Shown: one piece after another, positions 37,045 through 46,980 of the stretch
Layout of the letters: every line of letters begins with the position of its first letter
Position numbering within the stretch: position 1 is the first letter of the stretch
Virus record (IMG/VR): IMGVR_UViG_3300024239_000011
Span: 1-64,000 of that record
DNA length: 64,000 bases
Reading direction: 5' to 3' (one strand)
The notes under the pieces: generated by a model
The model's input: the letters and a program-made list of their open reading frames with translations, nothing else
What the model was told of the DNA's origin: nothing
The model's database searches: none
Made by a program: the position numbers and the translations under genes

Positions 37045-37578
37045 ATGACTGCTCAGCCGAAATCCAAGATCAAGGTTCTTGCCTATGTGTTCGGTTGCAA
37101 GGTAACCGAGCAGACGGGTCCGAACCAATTCGCGGTTCGTTTCATCGATGGGGTGAGTGACACCTTCCCCAAGAAATACAAGAATTATAAGGATTTTTGG
37201 TGTAACGAAATCCATGAGGGTGATTTCTCACCGTTGTTCGCGGACGCGGTGGAAGTTGAGACGTATTTCCAGAAAGAGAAAGCCAACGTAATTTCCTCGG
37301 AATTCTACGGCGAGGAATGGACGAAGCGCCAAGAGTGGTTCCGAGGTGTTTGTACTCGCGAGGAATGGAACGTGCTGACCGCGCTTTCCTACGTTTTGTA
37401 CAATTTCTCGATGGCTCACATGGTGATCGAAACTCCGATTATCGCGGACATCCTGCACCGTGAAGCGGGGGTGGTTGACGCCGATTTGGCGGTGCTGCTG
37501 CTGGACCAATTTCAAGAAATCAACGTTGCGATCTACAATGCCGAAATGGCGGAATTCGCCAAGCGTTTGGGGCAGTAA
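37045..37578 (+). CDS. hypothetical protein
   Basis: 177-aa ORF. Confidence 0.7.
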   Translation: MTAQPKSKIKVLAYVFGCKVTEQTGPNQFAVRFIDGVSDTFPKKYKNYKDFWCNEIHEGDFSPLFADAVEVETYFQKEKANVISSEFYGEEWTKRQEWFRGVCTREEWNVLTALSYVLYNFSMAHMVIETPIIADILHREAGVVDADLAVLLLDQFQEINVAIYNAEMAEFAKRLGQ

Positions 37579-37609
37579 TCGACATTCGAGGGATTGGGTA
37601 AATACGCTT

Positions 37610-38401
37610 ATGCGTATTTCAGACCTGATCCCTCTTGCCGAAATGGCATTGCCATCCGAAGTCGTCAAAACGACCCGGTACTATCACGGCACAGCTTCCG
37701 AAATCTTTGCCAAGAAGATCATGAAGCAAGGCATTCAACCGCCTTCGTTCGTGATGGATAATGGGAAAAAACAAAACTCCCATTTGACCCCGGTCGAGGG
37801 GAAAGTCTACATCACGCCTTCCATCGCATACGCCCAGATATACGCTATCGGCGGAAATGTGGCGGGCAACCCCTCACTCCGGGTTCGCTACAAAGGCAAT
37901 GAATCCAAATTCGATTACTACATCAAGACCGACCCGGCGGATCGCCACTACGGGCGCTACGGTTACGTGTTTGTGATCAATGGGTCGCAGCTTGCCGATA
38001 TTCAACCAGATGAAGACAGCATCGGTGAATTTCTTGGTCAGATACTCTGTCGGGAAAGCACCATCGAGTTCATGGACCCGTTTGAGGCGAATAGAATGCG
38101 CACCGCATTGGCGGACAGCACTCTTGTCGGGATGATCAAATATCTCGCAGGAACGCATCTTGCCGATAGCACCTTGCGACGGATCAAGGACGGTGAGTAT
38201 TCCTATATGGCGAAGGCGGGCAAAGTCCTCGTCAAGCGCATGCCGGATTGGGCAAAGGTGTGCATGGTTGAATATGGCTTCCATTGTGCGCACACCGGAC
38301 CATTGATCCCCGATGAAGTATGGAAGATCGACAAAACAAAAATCGGGTGGCTTGTGCGTGACGGTAGCAATTTCTTCGAGATAGCTAAACGGGTTCGTTG
38401 A
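37610..38401 (+). CDS. leader-bearing ADP-ribosyltransferase-like protein
   Basis: MRISDLIPLAEM; YYHGTA...KIMKQGIQP...GKVYITPSIAYAQIYA; GTAAATA 5 nt before the ATG. Confidence 0.65.
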   Translation: MRISDLIPLAEMALPSEVVKTTRYYHGTASEIFAKKIMKQGIQPPSFVMDNGKKQNSHLTPVEGKVYITPSIAYAQIYAIGGNVAGNPSLRVRYKGNESKFDYYIKTDPADRHYGRYGYVFVINGSQLADIQPDEDSIGEFLGQILCRESTIEFMDPFEANRMRTALADSTLVGMIKYLAGTHLADSTLRRIKDGEYSYMAKAGKVLVKRMPDWAKVCMVEYGFHCAHTGPLIPDEVWKIDKTKIGWLVRDGSNFFEIAKRVR

Positions 38402-38994
38402 CAACTGTCAGTGTGTCCGTATATCATCGGACCATGAAACACTTTGCCGTTGATCTCGAAGACAATCCCACGTACTGGTTTCTGAATGAAGAAGCCAAGG
38501 CGTTCTTCGACCAACCGTTCGAGCAAGGCGAAATCATCACCTATTCGCAGCGGTATGAAGGGATCGAACTCATCGAGTTGGCGTCCCGGTCCAACCTGCA
38601 TCTGATGCTGGGGCAGCGCCCGTGCGAACTCATCGTCGTGCGTCGATACGATGTCCTGGCGCAAGGTAGCTGGGTGTTTAACCTATACCATCTGAACAAG
38701 TATTCCCCGACCTTCGGGACAGTCACCGAAGTGATCGGTCCCATGGCGATGGTTCGGTGTTACGACCGCAACGGCAACTCCATCGGGCGTGAACCGTTGG
38801 AACGACGGTATCTCGCCAAGATCGCCAAGCCGATATTCCCGATTAGCAACCCGTGCATCCTGAAGTCAGGACGGGTCAATGCGGCGGCAGTTCTGCACCT
38901 GAAGCGTGACCGCAAAACCGAACTGCTCGATTTCGTGAATGCTAATCCTCTGCTGTGCCGGGCGCTCGACCTCGACATGAGCTATTTCGAGTAA
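38398..38994 (+). CDS. hypothetical protein
   Basis: 4-nt overlap with the upstream gene. Confidence 0.6.
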   Translation: MTTVSVSVYHRTMKHFAVDLEDNPTYWFLNEEAKAFFDQPFEQGEIITYSQRYEGIELIELASRSNLHLMLGQRPCELIVVRRYDVLAQGSWVFNLYHLNKYSPTFGTVTEVIGPMAMVRCYDRNGNSIGREPLERRYLAKIAKPIFPISNPCILKSGRVNAAAVLHLKRDRKTELLDFVNANPLLCRALDLDMSYFE

Positions 38995-39140
38995 TTAGAC
39001 CTCGTAGGTCTTCCTCGTTGCGGCACATAAAGACTGATGGTCGATTTGGTGGGCGGTGAGCCTCGAAGCTCTATGACCCCCATCGCTCCATATAGTCGCT
39101 CTGTGGCGCTAGAATTGCTCCTTCAGGCAATTCTTTCCGA

Positions 39141-39557
39141 CTACCGTGGATATATCTGTTTCGCGTTGAACAGATACATGACTTCCCTGGTATCCTCGGT
39201 ATCAATTTCAAGTTCGTAGTCCGTGAACTCCTGGGCAAGACGCATCGCCATCCGATGGTAGAGCTTGACCCGTGAAGGCTGGTTCCTCTTTGCCGAGAAC
39301 GCAAACATCTTCGGATGACGTTCGTTGATCGCTTCCCGCATGATGTTGATGACCGTGGAGAACACTGCGAAGGCATTCCCGGTGCCGGTGATGCCCTGAC
39401 CATGCTTGGTCGTGAAGCTCACGCTGAGCGAATATGCCCCGGCAATGTCCACCTGATATTCAAGTCCGTCGATCTCGAACACCGCCGACCACAAACCGGG
39501 TTGCTTGGAGGTCCATTCCCAATTCACGATGTCGGAAAACAGTTCTAGCAAGATCAT
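39141..39557 (-). CDS. leader-bearing protein (MILLELFSD), possible GNAT-like fold
   Basis: FAFSAKRNQPSRVKLYHRM. Confidence 0.6.
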   Translation of the reverse strand: MILLELFSDIVNWEWTSKQPGLWSAVFEIDGLEYQVDIAGAYSLSVSFTTKHGQGITGTGNAFAVFSTVINIMREAINERHPKMFAFSAKRNQPSRVKLYHRMAMRLAQEFTDYELEIDTEDTREVMYLFNAKQIYPR

Positions 39558-39563
39558 GAGAGA

Positions 39564-40184
39564 TCACCGTTCGATAAGGTCATCCGCTTTGCCCGCCAGG
39601 GTGACAAAGGGTCGAAGCCGATAGCTTTTGTAGACGTTGCTCCACACCGCCCCGCTTTTGGCCGGATAATAGTCATATTTGTCGGGATTGAAAATGAACA
39701 CGTCAAACCGTGGGTCTTTGACCAATTGCTTCCAAATATACACACCACCGCGTGTTTGAAGATCATCGGGCAATAGGTAATCACAGGCATTATCGAGCAA
39801 CCACTTATAGAGTTGTACCGAGAGGTTCTTCCCGCGAGCTTGTTCGCTGATGTAGACTGCTATGACCCGTTTACCGACACCCTTGAGGTCCGGGTTTGTC
39901 ACCGGGTAGCCATCCCCGAAAGGGGCGGTCGGAGCAATCAGCGCGATGTAAGCGATGGGGGTTCCATCGTTGAAGATATAGTAGATGGATTCCTTTTTGT
40001 CAGCGTTCAGCAATACGTAATATTCGCCAATGCGCCCAACGATTTCCATGTCTGGGGGTAGTGTTGGTTCGGTGGGTACCGGGAACAAGGTCAATTGTTT
40101 TGGCGTGAAGTCTTGATCTTGCGTCAAGTCCTTCAGGTGAGAACCATCAACTCCACCGCCAATGTCGATTTCATCTATCCGCAT
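39564..40184 (-). CDS. leader-bearing GNAT acetyltransferase
   Basis: MRIDEI; VIAVYISEQARGKNLSVQLYKWL...QTRGGVYIWKQL. Confidence 0.7.
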   Translation of the reverse strand: MRIDEIDIGGGVDGSHLKDLTQDQDFTPKQLTLFPVPTEPTLPPDMEIVGRIGEYYVLLNADKKESIYYIFNDGTPIAYIALIAPTAPFGDGYPVTNPDLKGVGKRVIAVYISEQARGKNLSVQLYKWLLDNACDYLLPDDLQTRGGVYIWKQLVKDPRFDVFIFNPDKYDYYPAKSGAVWSNVYKSYRLRPFVTLAGKADDLIER

Positions 40185-40808
40185 TTACAGTTTCCACCCT
40201 TCAAGTCCGCCCCCAAGCGGTTTGTCCAGATTGCCGCCGATAGCTGCCCGGTGGAACACCAGATCATCGTAGTCTTCCTGATCCGTCGAGGTGTTGGGCT
40301 TGAGCGGTTTGTTCGAACGCGGATGATCCACCTCGAATTCATGCGCCGGGTGTGGTGGGGCGTCGTGATCGATGTCGCCAATTGCGTATTCTTCCGCTTC
40401 GTTGCTGTCGGTATGGGTCGGTCCATAATTCATCCGTGATATGAAAGCGTTGTAGACCTGTTCCGCTTTGTGGATGTTGAAATAGCGAATGTCACGCACC
40501 GGGACGATCCGATAATTCTGACGCAATTTGGTATAGTTCAGTCCGATGCGGAATGGTTTCTGACCGGCGACTGCATAGGTCTTCAGAAGATCAAGGGACC
40601 GATCACGAGTGAGGCTGACGCCGGAAACTTCCTTGCCATCGACCAACTGATAACGCCCTTCTTCGTCCCGCTTCAACGTCCCATGAACGACATGGGTGGA
40701 TGCGCCACATTTGATACGGTTGGTCTTGAGCATGCGGCGCAAATGATCCCCTGAGGTGAAGTGGTAGATCAGTTGATCCGGGGCATTGATGATCTCGTCT
40801 ATTCTCAT
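40185..40808 (-). CDS. leader-bearing ART-like protein
   Basis: MRIDEIINA; LIYHFTS...MLKTNRI...GVSLTRD...NEAEEY. Confidence 0.55.
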   Translation of the reverse strand: MRIDEIINAPDQLIYHFTSGDHLRRMLKTNRIKCGASTHVVHGTLKRDEEGRYQLVDGKEVSGVSLTRDRSLDLLKTYAVAGQKPFRIGLNYTKLRQNYRIVPVRDIRYFNIHKAEQVYNAFISRMNYGPTHTDSNEAEEYAIGDIDHDAPPHPAHEFEVDHPRSNKPLKPNTSTDQEDYDDLVFHRAAIGGNLDKPLGGGLEGWKL

Positions 40809-41791
40809 TTCGTCCCCTCGCTGATCCGTGGGTCTTCGCGGTTGTACGTACCGGTGTTGCTCAATGCTGATTTGACTTGGTGGGGATCGAAAACCGCCAA
40901 CGTCAACGGCGCCCCTGGATGTTCACGGGTCCAGAACCCATCGAATTTGTTCCGGCGCATCCATGCCCGCACCGCAGGTTTTTCAAGGATACCGAAGTCA
41001 CCGCCCTTGAGATATCCCACTGCGGTTTTTGGTCCGTACAAGGCGCCAGGAAAAATCGCCTGGAAGTTCTTCTCAAGGAATGCTGCAAGCCTGTCTAGAT
41101 GCTCTTGGTTCTGGTAGTCGAACGGGTTCTCCATCCGCACGTAGCACGGCAGGACATGCCCGCCGCGTGCGAAGTAGGATGCCGTATCCGGGGAGGTCGC
41201 AAAGAAAATCGCGTTACCGCCGGTTCCCCGATTGCCTGGGAGCTTGAACTGATCAAAGGCGGGCTTGGAAGTCCCGTGGTACATCACCGCCGGGTTGCCG
41301 TCTTCATCCACGACTTTGCTGTTTCCGAACCATGCCCAGAACGCCGAATCTGGTTCAGGGAGGCGGGCTTCGAGGATGCTCTCAAACTTGCGTTTGTGGC
41401 GGTAGCTCCAAAATGCGGCGCCATCCGCTTCGAGGTTGCTGGACGAATCAATGGTGTAGCCGATGCGCTCAAGGTGGTCGTACAGCGCCGTTGCGATCCC
41501 ACGACGACGGAAGCTCGGCTTGGTTTCAATGCGGTGGAATTCGCCACTGTCATTTTCATCCGGATAGAACTTACCTTTGGCAACCTCTACCGCGTCGATG
41601 AAGGCACGGACGACCACCATAGTGGCGTCTTCATCTTCATCCGAGGGCTGACGTTGTGCAGTAACGTTCAGCACCGTTCCATCTGCCAATTTGTATTCAG
41701 CAGAGTTACGCGCAAAGCCCCCAACTACATCACCAAGTCTGGTATAGTGGCGATCTTGAAAACGCGCTCCGGTAATCTCAATAATTCTCAT
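40805..41791 (-). CDS. leader-bearing GNAT + ART-PolyVal-like fusion
   Basis: FRRRGIATALYD...GAAFW (GNAT); FWAWFGNSKVVDEDGNPAVMYHGT...AIFFATSPDTASYFA...CYVRMENPF...FDG...AVFDPHQVKS (ART). Confidence 0.75.
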   Translation of the reverse strand: MRIIEITGARFQDRHYTRLGDVVGGFARNSAEYKLADGTVLNVTAQRQPSDEDEDATMVVVRAFIDAVEVAKGKFYPDENDSGEFHRIETKPSFRRRGIATALYDHLERIGYTIDSSSNLEADGAAFWSYRHKRKFESILEARLPEPDSAFWAWFGNSKVVDEDGNPAVMYHGTSKPAFDQFKLPGNRGTGGNAIFFATSPDTASYFARGGHVLPCYVRMENPFDYQNQEHLDRLAAFLEKNFQAIFPGALYGPKTAVGYLKGGDFGILEKPAVRAWMRRNKFDGFWTREHPGAPLTLAVFDPHQVKSALSNTGTYNREDPRISEGTK

Positions 41792-41839
41792 ACCGCATCC
41801 TTCAAATACTCGGATATTTAGTGCGTTATGAGTATTTAA

Positions 41840-42247
41840 TTAACCACTTACCGCTCTTGCAGCACCAAGGTAGTCCACCATAAGTTCTGCTATATTAAAC
41901 TGAATGGTAATGATCATTTCTTGATGGGTGGTCAGCGTGGGATAGTTCGTATGTTCGATCCAGCACTCTTTCAACACCCACTTCGGCGTCTCGACACGGA
42001 ACCGATAACTCACACCAGGGTCGTCGTATCCGTATTTGTCGAAGTATGTCACCTGACGTTCGAGTTGGCGGGTAACCATCGGTGTCAACGCGGTCGGCAA
42101 CACCAGCGATACCGGATAGTACGAGGGATGATGGAAACCCGGTCGTCCAACGGGGTCGGGTGCAGTGCGGCGGTTGATGATCAAGGGATATTCAACCTTG
42201 ACTGTTTCCCGACCACTGCCGAAATTCCGAAGCGTCACGTGCATCAT
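41840..42247 (-). CDS. hypothetical protein
   Basis: GAGG RBS; operon packing. Confidence 0.55.
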   Translation of the reverse strand: MMHVTLRNFGSGRETVKVEYPLIINRRTAPDPVGRPGFHHPSYYPVSLVLPTALTPMVTRQLERQVTYFDKYGYDDPGVSYRFRVETPKWVLKECWIEHTNYPTLTTHQEMIITIQFNIAELMVDYLGAARAVSG

Positions 42248-42271
42248 TTACCTCTCTGTTGAGCGAGGTAT

Positions 42272-42490
42272 TTAGCAGCCATATTTCAGGCGAAAGAGGG
42301 TGGCGATACGCGGATTGGTAATGTCGATCCAATATTCGCAAACGCCATTTACGTTATCCACACCCGCGTCATAAACAGTGCGGTCCCGCTCTTCTAACCA
42401 TTCAAGAGCAGCAATCACTTCGTCGCCAAGTATTTCTTCAAGGGTGCCAGCTTCATATTTCCACGGGCACTTATGGAACACGATCTTCAT
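42272..42490 (-). CDS. hypothetical protein
   Basis: ATGA overlap. Confidence 0.6.
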   Translation of the reverse strand: MKIVFHKCPWKYEAGTLEEILGDEVIAALEWLEERDRTVYDAGVDNVNGVCEYWIDITNPRIATLFRLKYGC

Positions 42491-42735
42491 TCTTGGGGGA
42501 AGAGACGGATTTCCGGTTCATAGGAGTACGTTGGTTTATCCACGTTGCGGATGTAAGAAAAACTTACCCGGCGGATGTCGTCCGCGCATTCATCTGGCAA
42601 GCCATCGCCTGCAACTTCGATACAGAACGTACCATCCTCTTGCTGACAAATGTCAGTGATCCGCAGTCCCATGTTGCTGAACTGTAGCATGTCTTCAAGA
42701 AATTCTTTGGAACAGACTGCGTATGCTTTTTTCAT
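42487..42735 (-). CDS. hypothetical protein
   Basis: GAGG RBS; TATAAATA upstream. Confidence 0.6.
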   Translation of the reverse strand: MKKAYAVCSKEFLEDMLQFSNMGLRITDICQQEDGTFCIEVAGDGLPDECADDIRRVSFSYIRNVDKPTYSYEPEIRLFPQE

Positions 42736-42837
42736 AGTCCACCTCGTTGTTAGACCGGATATTTATAGCGGTCAAAAACAGGTGACGGCATTGACTTATG
42801 GTACAATCTTCAGTAGGATACCCACTCGTTCATCTGG

Positions 42838-43344
42838 GTGCCTACCATGCGATTGATGCGGACCAAAGCCGAACACAAAGACACCCCCGAATGGCTGGAA
42901 ATGTTTTTTACCAAGCTAAGAGTGGTGCGCCGTGTGAAACTGCGTCGCTTGTATGCGGAACAGGACGGGAAGTGCTGCTATTGTGGATGCAACACTAAGC
43001 TGGAAGGTGATGGTAGACGCCGGGCGACCCTGGAACACATCGTCCCGCAATTCCATGGCGGTACCGACGCCATGTGGAACCTAATGATGGCGTGTCAAGA
43101 GTGCAATTCGAAGCGCGGTTCCCGTCTGGATGCGATGACGTTTTTCATGTTGCGGTGTGATCCGGAGGCATGGGAACTTCGCAAGGCTGCTGCCCGCGAG
43201 AAACAGGAACGGGACGTGGCTCGCAAGGCTGCCCGAGCCGAACGTCACCCCGAAGTGGTGTACAAGTTGGCGGTCGTCTTGCATTTGTTCCCGGACTTCA
43301 ACACCCAGGTCAATGAGGCACTGGGGGAGTTGGAAGCGGCGTAA
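42838..43344 (+). CDS. HNH endonuclease
   Basis: QDGKCCYCG...TLEHIVPQFHGG...NLMMACQECNSKRG. Confidence 0.85.
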   Translation: MPTMRLMRTKAEHKDTPEWLEMFFTKLRVVRRVKLRRLYAEQDGKCCYCGCNTKLEGDGRRRATLEHIVPQFHGGTDAMWNLMMACQECNSKRGSRLDAMTFFMLRCDPEAWELRKAAAREKQERDVARKAARAERHPEVVYKLAVVLHLFPDFNTQVNEALGELEAA

Positions 43345-43347
43345 ACC

Positions 43348-43503
43348 TTACCCCCAGTTTATTATTACTTTGCCGTTCCCGCCGGTTGTGCGAGCATTGC
43401 CCATCCCCACCCCAGTTGTCCATCCTATTGCGGTGGCACGGTTCGCTGCGTTAATTTTGAAAGTCCCGACTGGTACTACACCACCTTTAAATGAAATGCC
43501 CAT
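43348..43503 (-). CDS. mini (51 aa) MGISF-leader protein with Gly-rich tail
   Basis: Hand translation MGISFKGGVVPVGTFKINAANRATAIGWTTGVGMGNARTTGGNGKVIINWG; CTAAATA and GGAGG upstream; absent from the ORF track. Confidence 0.65.
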   Translation of the reverse strand: MGISFKGGVVPVGTFKINAANRATAIGWTTGVGMGNARTTGGNGKVIINWG

Positions 43504-43626
43504 AAAAGCCTCCGATATTCCGGAGGTATTTAGTAGTAGAAAGAGAAGTACAGAACCGTTCTTAACCTAAACACGATCAACCGCACCCGGTATTTACCCA
43601 GGTGCGGTTGATCGCGGGTGGGACGC

Positions 43627-44301
43627 TTAGGCGCTGATCAGCAGACCGTCGTCGTCGCCACTCAAGAACACGTAGTTACCGCCGACCAGCTTGATCACGA
43701 TGACCTTGGCGGTGGAGATTTCGTCGCCCCGCACCTTCCAGTCGCCGCGTTCGGTGAACCACACGTTCAGGCATGCTTCACCGAAGGTCTTCTTGATGGC
43801 GGACGCCAGTTCTTCATCCGGCTCCATATAATCGATTTCGTTGGAGCGTTCGTCGGTGCTGCCGTCGCTGTAGAGCGTCTTGACCACCGACTTGACGACG
43901 AACAGGGTGTCGAACGAGCGGTCGAACTCGTAGTATTCTTCCCACTGTTCGACCGCCATGATGCGGACGAACTTCGCGAAAGCGTCGTTCATCAGCTTCA
44001 TCATCTTGTCGAAATCGTTGATGTCCTTCATGCAGTCGCGCACCAGAACGTCACGTTCGTTCGAACGACCTTCACCCTGATCATACTTGGTGTCGATCTT
44101 GGTATCCAGGGTGACAGTTTCGCCCTCGATCATCAGATACGCGATCTCGCGGATGCTGACGTATTTCGGGTTCTTGAAGAAATCCCGAATGCCGATCCCA
44201 TCGTTGACCGAGTGTCCAACGGTTTCGTTGGCAAACTTGACCTTGTTCTGGCGCTGGATTTCGTCGTCGTTGATCCCGATGATCGAATACTTGCGGCGCA
44301 T
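43627..44301 (-). CDS. hypothetical protein
   Basis: GGAGA RBS; TTGACA-N17-TATGAT at 44328-44356. Confidence 0.75.
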   Translation of the reverse strand: MRRKYSIIGINDDEIQRQNKVKFANETVGHSVNDGIGIRDFFKNPKYVSIREIAYLMIEGETVTLDTKIDTKYDQGEGRSNERDVLVRDCMKDINDFDKMMKLMNDAFAKFVRIMAVEQWEEYYEFDRSFDTLFVVKSVVKTLYSDGSTDERSNEIDYMEPDEELASAIKKTFGEACLNVWFTERGDWKVRGDEISTAKVIVIKLVGGNYVFLSGDDDGLLISA

Positions 44302-44396
44302 GGCGTCTCTCCCTGAACAATACGAGGATCATAACAGCCCTGGGTGGTGATGTCAATCATCGGCCAAAATAAATACGAATAGAATAGGAAACGCCG

Positions 44397-44945
44397 ATGC
44401 GAATTTTAGAAATAACCGAACATGTTGCGCGTGTGGTCGATACGGAGCCTCATAAAGGCATATGGTTCCGCCACGAAAGTCCTCATTGGATTACTCGGCT
44501 TCGACCGCTAACCTATGAAGAACTTAAAGTAGCGCGTCCTGAATATGATGTACCCGAACGTGTGAAAACTGAAAAACAATATCACGCAATGCTCCCTACA
44601 CATCCGGAAAATACCAGCTTCTTATATGCGACGGTGACGGGTTGTCACAAGATGCCAGACCCGCTCGATTACCTTGGTTTTACCTATTACTTCAAACTCA
44701 CCCCTGATCAAGTCGAACAGTCAATCTTTGACGTGGTTGATCGGAAGACATGGATGCAGCCAACTGTTGGGGCAGCCGGTTTCCGACAAGCCAAGGAAAT
44801 TTGGGACGCTCATTCGAACGAATTCAAATCCTATGACGACCCTGAAATTGGGCAAATTGATCCACGTATTGAAGTAATCATGCCATTTTCGGTCAGCCCA
44901 CTACTTTACATCCCACAAATTGAAGATAGACAATCTCCTAAATAG
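44397..44945 (+). CDS. leader-bearing hypothetical protein (MRILEITE)
   Basis: ATAAATA upstream; WFRHES motif. Confidence 0.7.
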   Translation: MRILEITEHVARVVDTEPHKGIWFRHESPHWITRLRPLTYEELKVARPEYDVPERVKTEKQYHAMLPTHPENTSFLYATVTGCHKMPDPLDYLGFTYYFKLTPDQVEQSIFDVVDRKTWMQPTVGAAGFRQAKEIWDAHSNEFKSYDDPEIGQIDPRIEVIMPFSVSPLLYIPQIEDRQSPK

Positions 44946-44970
44946 CAGTATGTGACAGGAGGAATTTAAA

Positions 44971-46914
44971 ATGGGTATTTCTTTTAGTGGTGGCGTAATT
45001 CCGATTGGTACTTTCAAAATAAAATCAAATATTCCTCCGGTATGGGTAACGGCAGCCGGGTCGCTTGGATCAGCTAATGGCGGGCAGCCATATACGTTCA
45101 ATTTATCGGCAACTGATCCAGAGAACGCCCCTCTTACGTACACGGTTGTTGGTGGTTCGCTACCAGCCGGTTTAGGCATCAGTGGACCACAAATCATCGG
45201 TACCCCGATCAATAACCCTGGCACGTATCAATTCACGGTGCGGGTATTTGACGGTGAAACGGCGGCTGATCGCGTTTTTACAATCGATGTAACCAATCAA
45301 ACACCGATCTGGACTACTGCGGGCGGATCGCTGATTGACGCCACTGAGAATGCCGCCTATTCATTCTCGTTTGAAGCTGCCGATCCCAATAATGATACCG
45401 TAACCTATTCAATTTCATCTGGCTCGTTACCAGCGGGTCTTACACTTGGTTCAACCGGTGAATTGTCTGGTACACCTACGCAATTAGGTATTAGCAATTT
45501 TACAGTACGGGCTACTGATACATTAGGCGCTTTTGTTGATCGCGCGTTTTCAATAAACGTTGCATCGGCTGGTGATCCATATTGGACTGGTGTTACTTTG
45601 TTGATGCACATGAACGGTAATTTCACCGATCAAAAAGGGCATACATTTACAGCAACCAATGCAACCGCTACCGGCGCCGGTAAATTTGGGTCAAATTCTG
45701 CAAGTATTGGTACGGGATATATTACAACTCCATCTAGCAGTGATTGGCAATTTAAGTCCAGTGATTTTACAGTCGAAAGCTGGGTCTATGTTCCAGATGC
45801 AACGTATCTTGCTAATTCTGCCGTGATTGTTGGAACTCACGGTACCGGATCAACTGACGGGTGGACGGTATATTTAAATACCAATGGTACTGCGACCGGA
45901 TGGACAACAAGTTCGGGTGGGTTTGGAACCGGAAATCATGCAGTCACGTCCGCGTCTCCTATAAATTATGCGTCGTGGAACCATGTTGCGTTTGTACGTA
46001 ATGGTAACGTTTTGACGATTTACCTGAACGGCGTAGGAAATTCAGTTACTATATCTAATGGGTATAGTGTTTATAACACTCCCAATAGTTTACGAATTGG
46101 CGCAAACGTTAATAACGGTAACAATTTTACAAAATCAGGCGCATTGATTGATGAAGTGCGAATCACCAAAGGCGTGGCTCGTTACACTACCAATTTTGCA
46201 CCACCACAGTCTGCCTTCCCGGATACTGTCAAGCCCGATCCGTATTGGGCAAATACCAGTATGCTGTTGCGGTTTGATAATTCACTGTCTGATGTGACTG
46301 GGAAACATACTATTACTGGATCAAGCACCACATACGCTGGTTCTTTAATCGGAAATACGTGTCTACAAATCAATGCTAATGGGTATATCTCCACGCCTGC
46401 CCATGCCGATTTCAATTTCGGTGCGGGAGATTTTACGGTTGAGATGTGGATTTGGACACCATCAACTTCCGCTCTGTCCCAAATACCAATGCTTTTCTGT
46501 CAGTACCAAAGTTATAACCAACCAATAAATGCCACACAGGTATATTTCAACCCTGATGGTACTATTGTTGGATACATAACTGCTAATGGAAAGCACGAAG
46601 TAAATGCGGATCACATTGGCGTAATGTCTTCAGCAATAACATTCAGTGAGTGGAACCATGTTGCGTTTGTACGTAATGGCACGAAACTACAACTGTATGT
46701 TAATGGCAACGGTCAAGCCGATGGTGGGTCTAATGTTCCAGTAGGGTACACTGCCTTTAGTTCGAATCTTCCAGTCACTATCGGTGCATACAATTCAACG
46801 GGTTATCACCGTTTCCAAGCCACCACTTATATTGATGAAGTCCGGGTGACCAAAGGGGTCGCGCGCTATACAAGCAACTTCACTCCGCTAAAAATACCAC
46901 ACGCAGCAGTGTAA
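44971..46914 (+). CDS. MGISF-leader fibre/decoration protein: 2 Ig-like repeats + 2 LamG domains
   Basis: DPENAPLTY..GSLPAG repeats; DPYWTGVTLLMHMNG, DFTVESWV, WNHVAFVR, IDEVRITKGVARYT twice. Confidence 0.85.
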   Translation: MGISFSGGVIPIGTFKIKSNIPPVWVTAAGSLGSANGGQPYTFNLSATDPENAPLTYTVVGGSLPAGLGISGPQIIGTPINNPGTYQFTVRVFDGETAADRVFTIDVTNQTPIWTTAGGSLIDATENAAYSFSFEAADPNNDTVTYSISSGSLPAGLTLGSTGELSGTPTQLGISNFTVRATDTLGAFVDRAFSINVASAGDPYWTGVTLLMHMNGNFTDQKGHTFTATNATATGAGKFGSNSASIGTGYITTPSSSDWQFKSSDFTVESWVYVPDATYLANSAVIVGTHGTGSTDGWTVYLNTNGTATGWTTSSGGFGTGNHAVTSASPINYASWNHVAFVRNGNVLTIYLNGVGNSVTISNGYSVYNTPNSLRIGANVNNGNNFTKSGALIDEVRITKGVARYTTNFAPPQSAFPDTVKPDPYWANTSMLLRFDNSLSDVTGKHTITGSSTTYAGSLIGNTCLQINANGYISTPAHADFNFGAGDFTVEMWIWTPSTSALSQIPMLFCQYQSYNQPINATQVYFNPDGTIVGYITANGKHEVNADHIGVMSSAITFSEWNHVAFVRNGTKLQLYVNGNGQADGGSNVPVGYTAFSSNLPVTIGAYNSTGYHRFQATTYIDEVRVTKGVARYTSNFTPLKIPHAAV

Positions 46915-46980
46915 TCGGATAGACGAAGATGGGAGATATAATTTCCCATCTTATTTGATTTTCGTGCCAGGAGGCTCAGA

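Noticed and set aside
43618-44316. Long antisense ORFs (also 17176-17802, 23715-24392, 35597-36619, 41099-41821, 48500-49069, 60297-60926)
   Set aside because: These are shadow frames opposite GC3-biased real genes; they lack RBS or promoter support and have no recognisable motifs.
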